Shown here: in pieces, positions 63,041 to 64,000 of the stretch | Layout: each line of letters opens with the position of its first letter | How positions within the stretch are numbered: the stretch's first letter is position 1 | Assembly (NCBI GenBank): GCA_043228905.1 | Contig: JBHGNT010000020.1 | Location: forward strand, 6,448,001-6,512,000 | Length of the DNA: 64,000 nucleotides | Direction: 5' to 3' | Source: Azolla caroliniana | Taxonomy: Eukaryota > Plantae > Polypodiophyta | Notes under the pieces: generated by a model | Seen by the model: only the letters and a program-made list of their open reading frames with translations | Told to the model about the DNA's origin: nothing | The model's database searches: none | Made by a program: the position numbers and the translations under genes

Positions 63041-64000
63041 ATGAAGAAGTCTCCATTTTATGGAGGCGAGGAGCGAGAGGGGAGCCCTCGCGCGAAGAAA
63101 AGCAATTTGAGCCCAGCTACTAGGATTTGTTTTGAAAGAGAAACAATCGTGCACACTCATTCTTCAAATTTCCGTGAAGTTGTGCACCAGCTGACAGGGG
63201 CAGAGTCATCATCGAACGATGAAAGACCGCCCCCACTTTTTATTAATGGATCATCTCGGCACGAGAATGTGCCACCTAACAATGGTTTCAGTCGAGATGT
63301 TGTTTCCTCAGGTAACACCAATAGCAGCACGAGTAATATCCATAATAGCATCAAAGCACATTCATTTGGATCGTCGCGTCTTGAGAATATGGTCAATAAT
63401 GATGGTTTAGGTCGAGATGTATCCACCACCAGTAGGTATTCGTTTGGGCCATCTCGGCATGAGAATGTAGCCAATAACGGTGGTTTGGGTAGAGATGTTA
63501 GCACGGTCAATAGCATCAAGGGTCATTCGTTGGGATCGTCTCGTCTTGAGAATGCAGTCAATAACATGGCCAATAATGATGATGGCTTAATCAAAGATCA
63601 TTCACTTGGATCTTGTCTGCAGGAGAATGCTGCTAATAATGATGGTTTTGGTCAAGACTTTGTCGGCTCAAGTAGTCATGAAATGCATGCGAAAAGTGAT
63701 ACTCCTGCACCTGGCAAAACTCTTCAACTAGAAGCAAAGGGCCCCTTGGCTTTAAGACTTTTCGAGAGGAGGAGATCATCAAACAACAATAAAAGCTTCG
63801 GAAGGTTGTCTACTAACAGTAAAGATCTTCCAGCTTTGGTTTCAGGTCCTTTGACTCCATTAGCATGCGAATTCGAGAAGATTTGTTTCTCTCAGACACC
63901 CATTGGTAGCCCTGACAACCACCACCACCCTAAGCCAATATCATCAGAGGAAGAAGAACGAGGAAATAATGATATGCAAATATCGTCTTCCACCCATCCA
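63041..64000 (+). CDS. VQ-motif protein (MVQ/VQ4-like), 3'-partial, at least 320 aa
   Basis: My translation has no stop: MKKSPFYGG...TIVHTHSSNFREVVHQLTG (motif 63170-63199)...LRLFERRR...DLPALVSGPLTPL. These resemble the FxxxVQxLTG, KLYERR and DFPxLxLSPVTPL blocks. In-frame upstream stop at 62960. Confidence 0.88.
   Translation, partial: MKKSPFYGGEEREGSPRAKKSNLSPATRICFERETIVHTHSSNFREVVHQLTGAESSSNDERPPPLFINGSSRHENVPPNNGFSRDVVSSGNTNSSTSNIHNSIKAHSFGSSRLENMVNNDGLGRDVSTTSRYSFGPSRHENVANNGGLGRDVSTVNSIKGHSLGSSRLENAVNNMANNDDGLIKDHSLGSCLQENAANNDGFGQDFVGSSSHEMHAKSDTPAPGKTLQLEAKGPLALRLFERRRSSNNNKSFGRLSTNSKDLPALVSGPLTPLACEFEKICFSQTPIGSPDNHHHPKPISSEEEERGNNDMQISSSTHP

Noticed and set aside
63157-63519. Minus-strand 120-aa repeat ORF
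   Set aside because: Antisense shadow of the VQ coding frame.

Overview
Eukaryotic land-plant nuclear DNA, probably from a non-seed plant such as a fern (inferred only from the TE lineages). About 58 kb is a pile of nested transposable elements whose ends can mostly be read from LTR termini, PBS/PPT and target-site duplications (TSDs). It holds five Ty1/Copia elements, one of them intact and very young (39049-44456). It also holds two tRNA-Trp-primed Ty3/Gypsy elements with 4-bp TSDs, an internally deleted Athila/Tat-like element with a ~960-codon accessory ORF, a chromovirus-like gag, five solo LTRs, a hAT-type MITE and a decayed L1-like LINE. A near-perfect 3 x 628-bp tandem repeat follows. 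The only host gene is at the right end: a VQ-motif (MVQ/VQ4-like) ORF from 63041, open to the window edge and absent from the ORF track, with a VH variant motif and an internal repeat. The most unusual signals are: antisense tRNA-like A/B-box modules in the U3 of three different LTRs; a candidate G_GAU_UUU -1 frameshift between protease and RT; a Copia pol C-terminal extension lying between two PPT copies; and the long Athila-like accessory ORF. All coordinates and alignments were read by eye.
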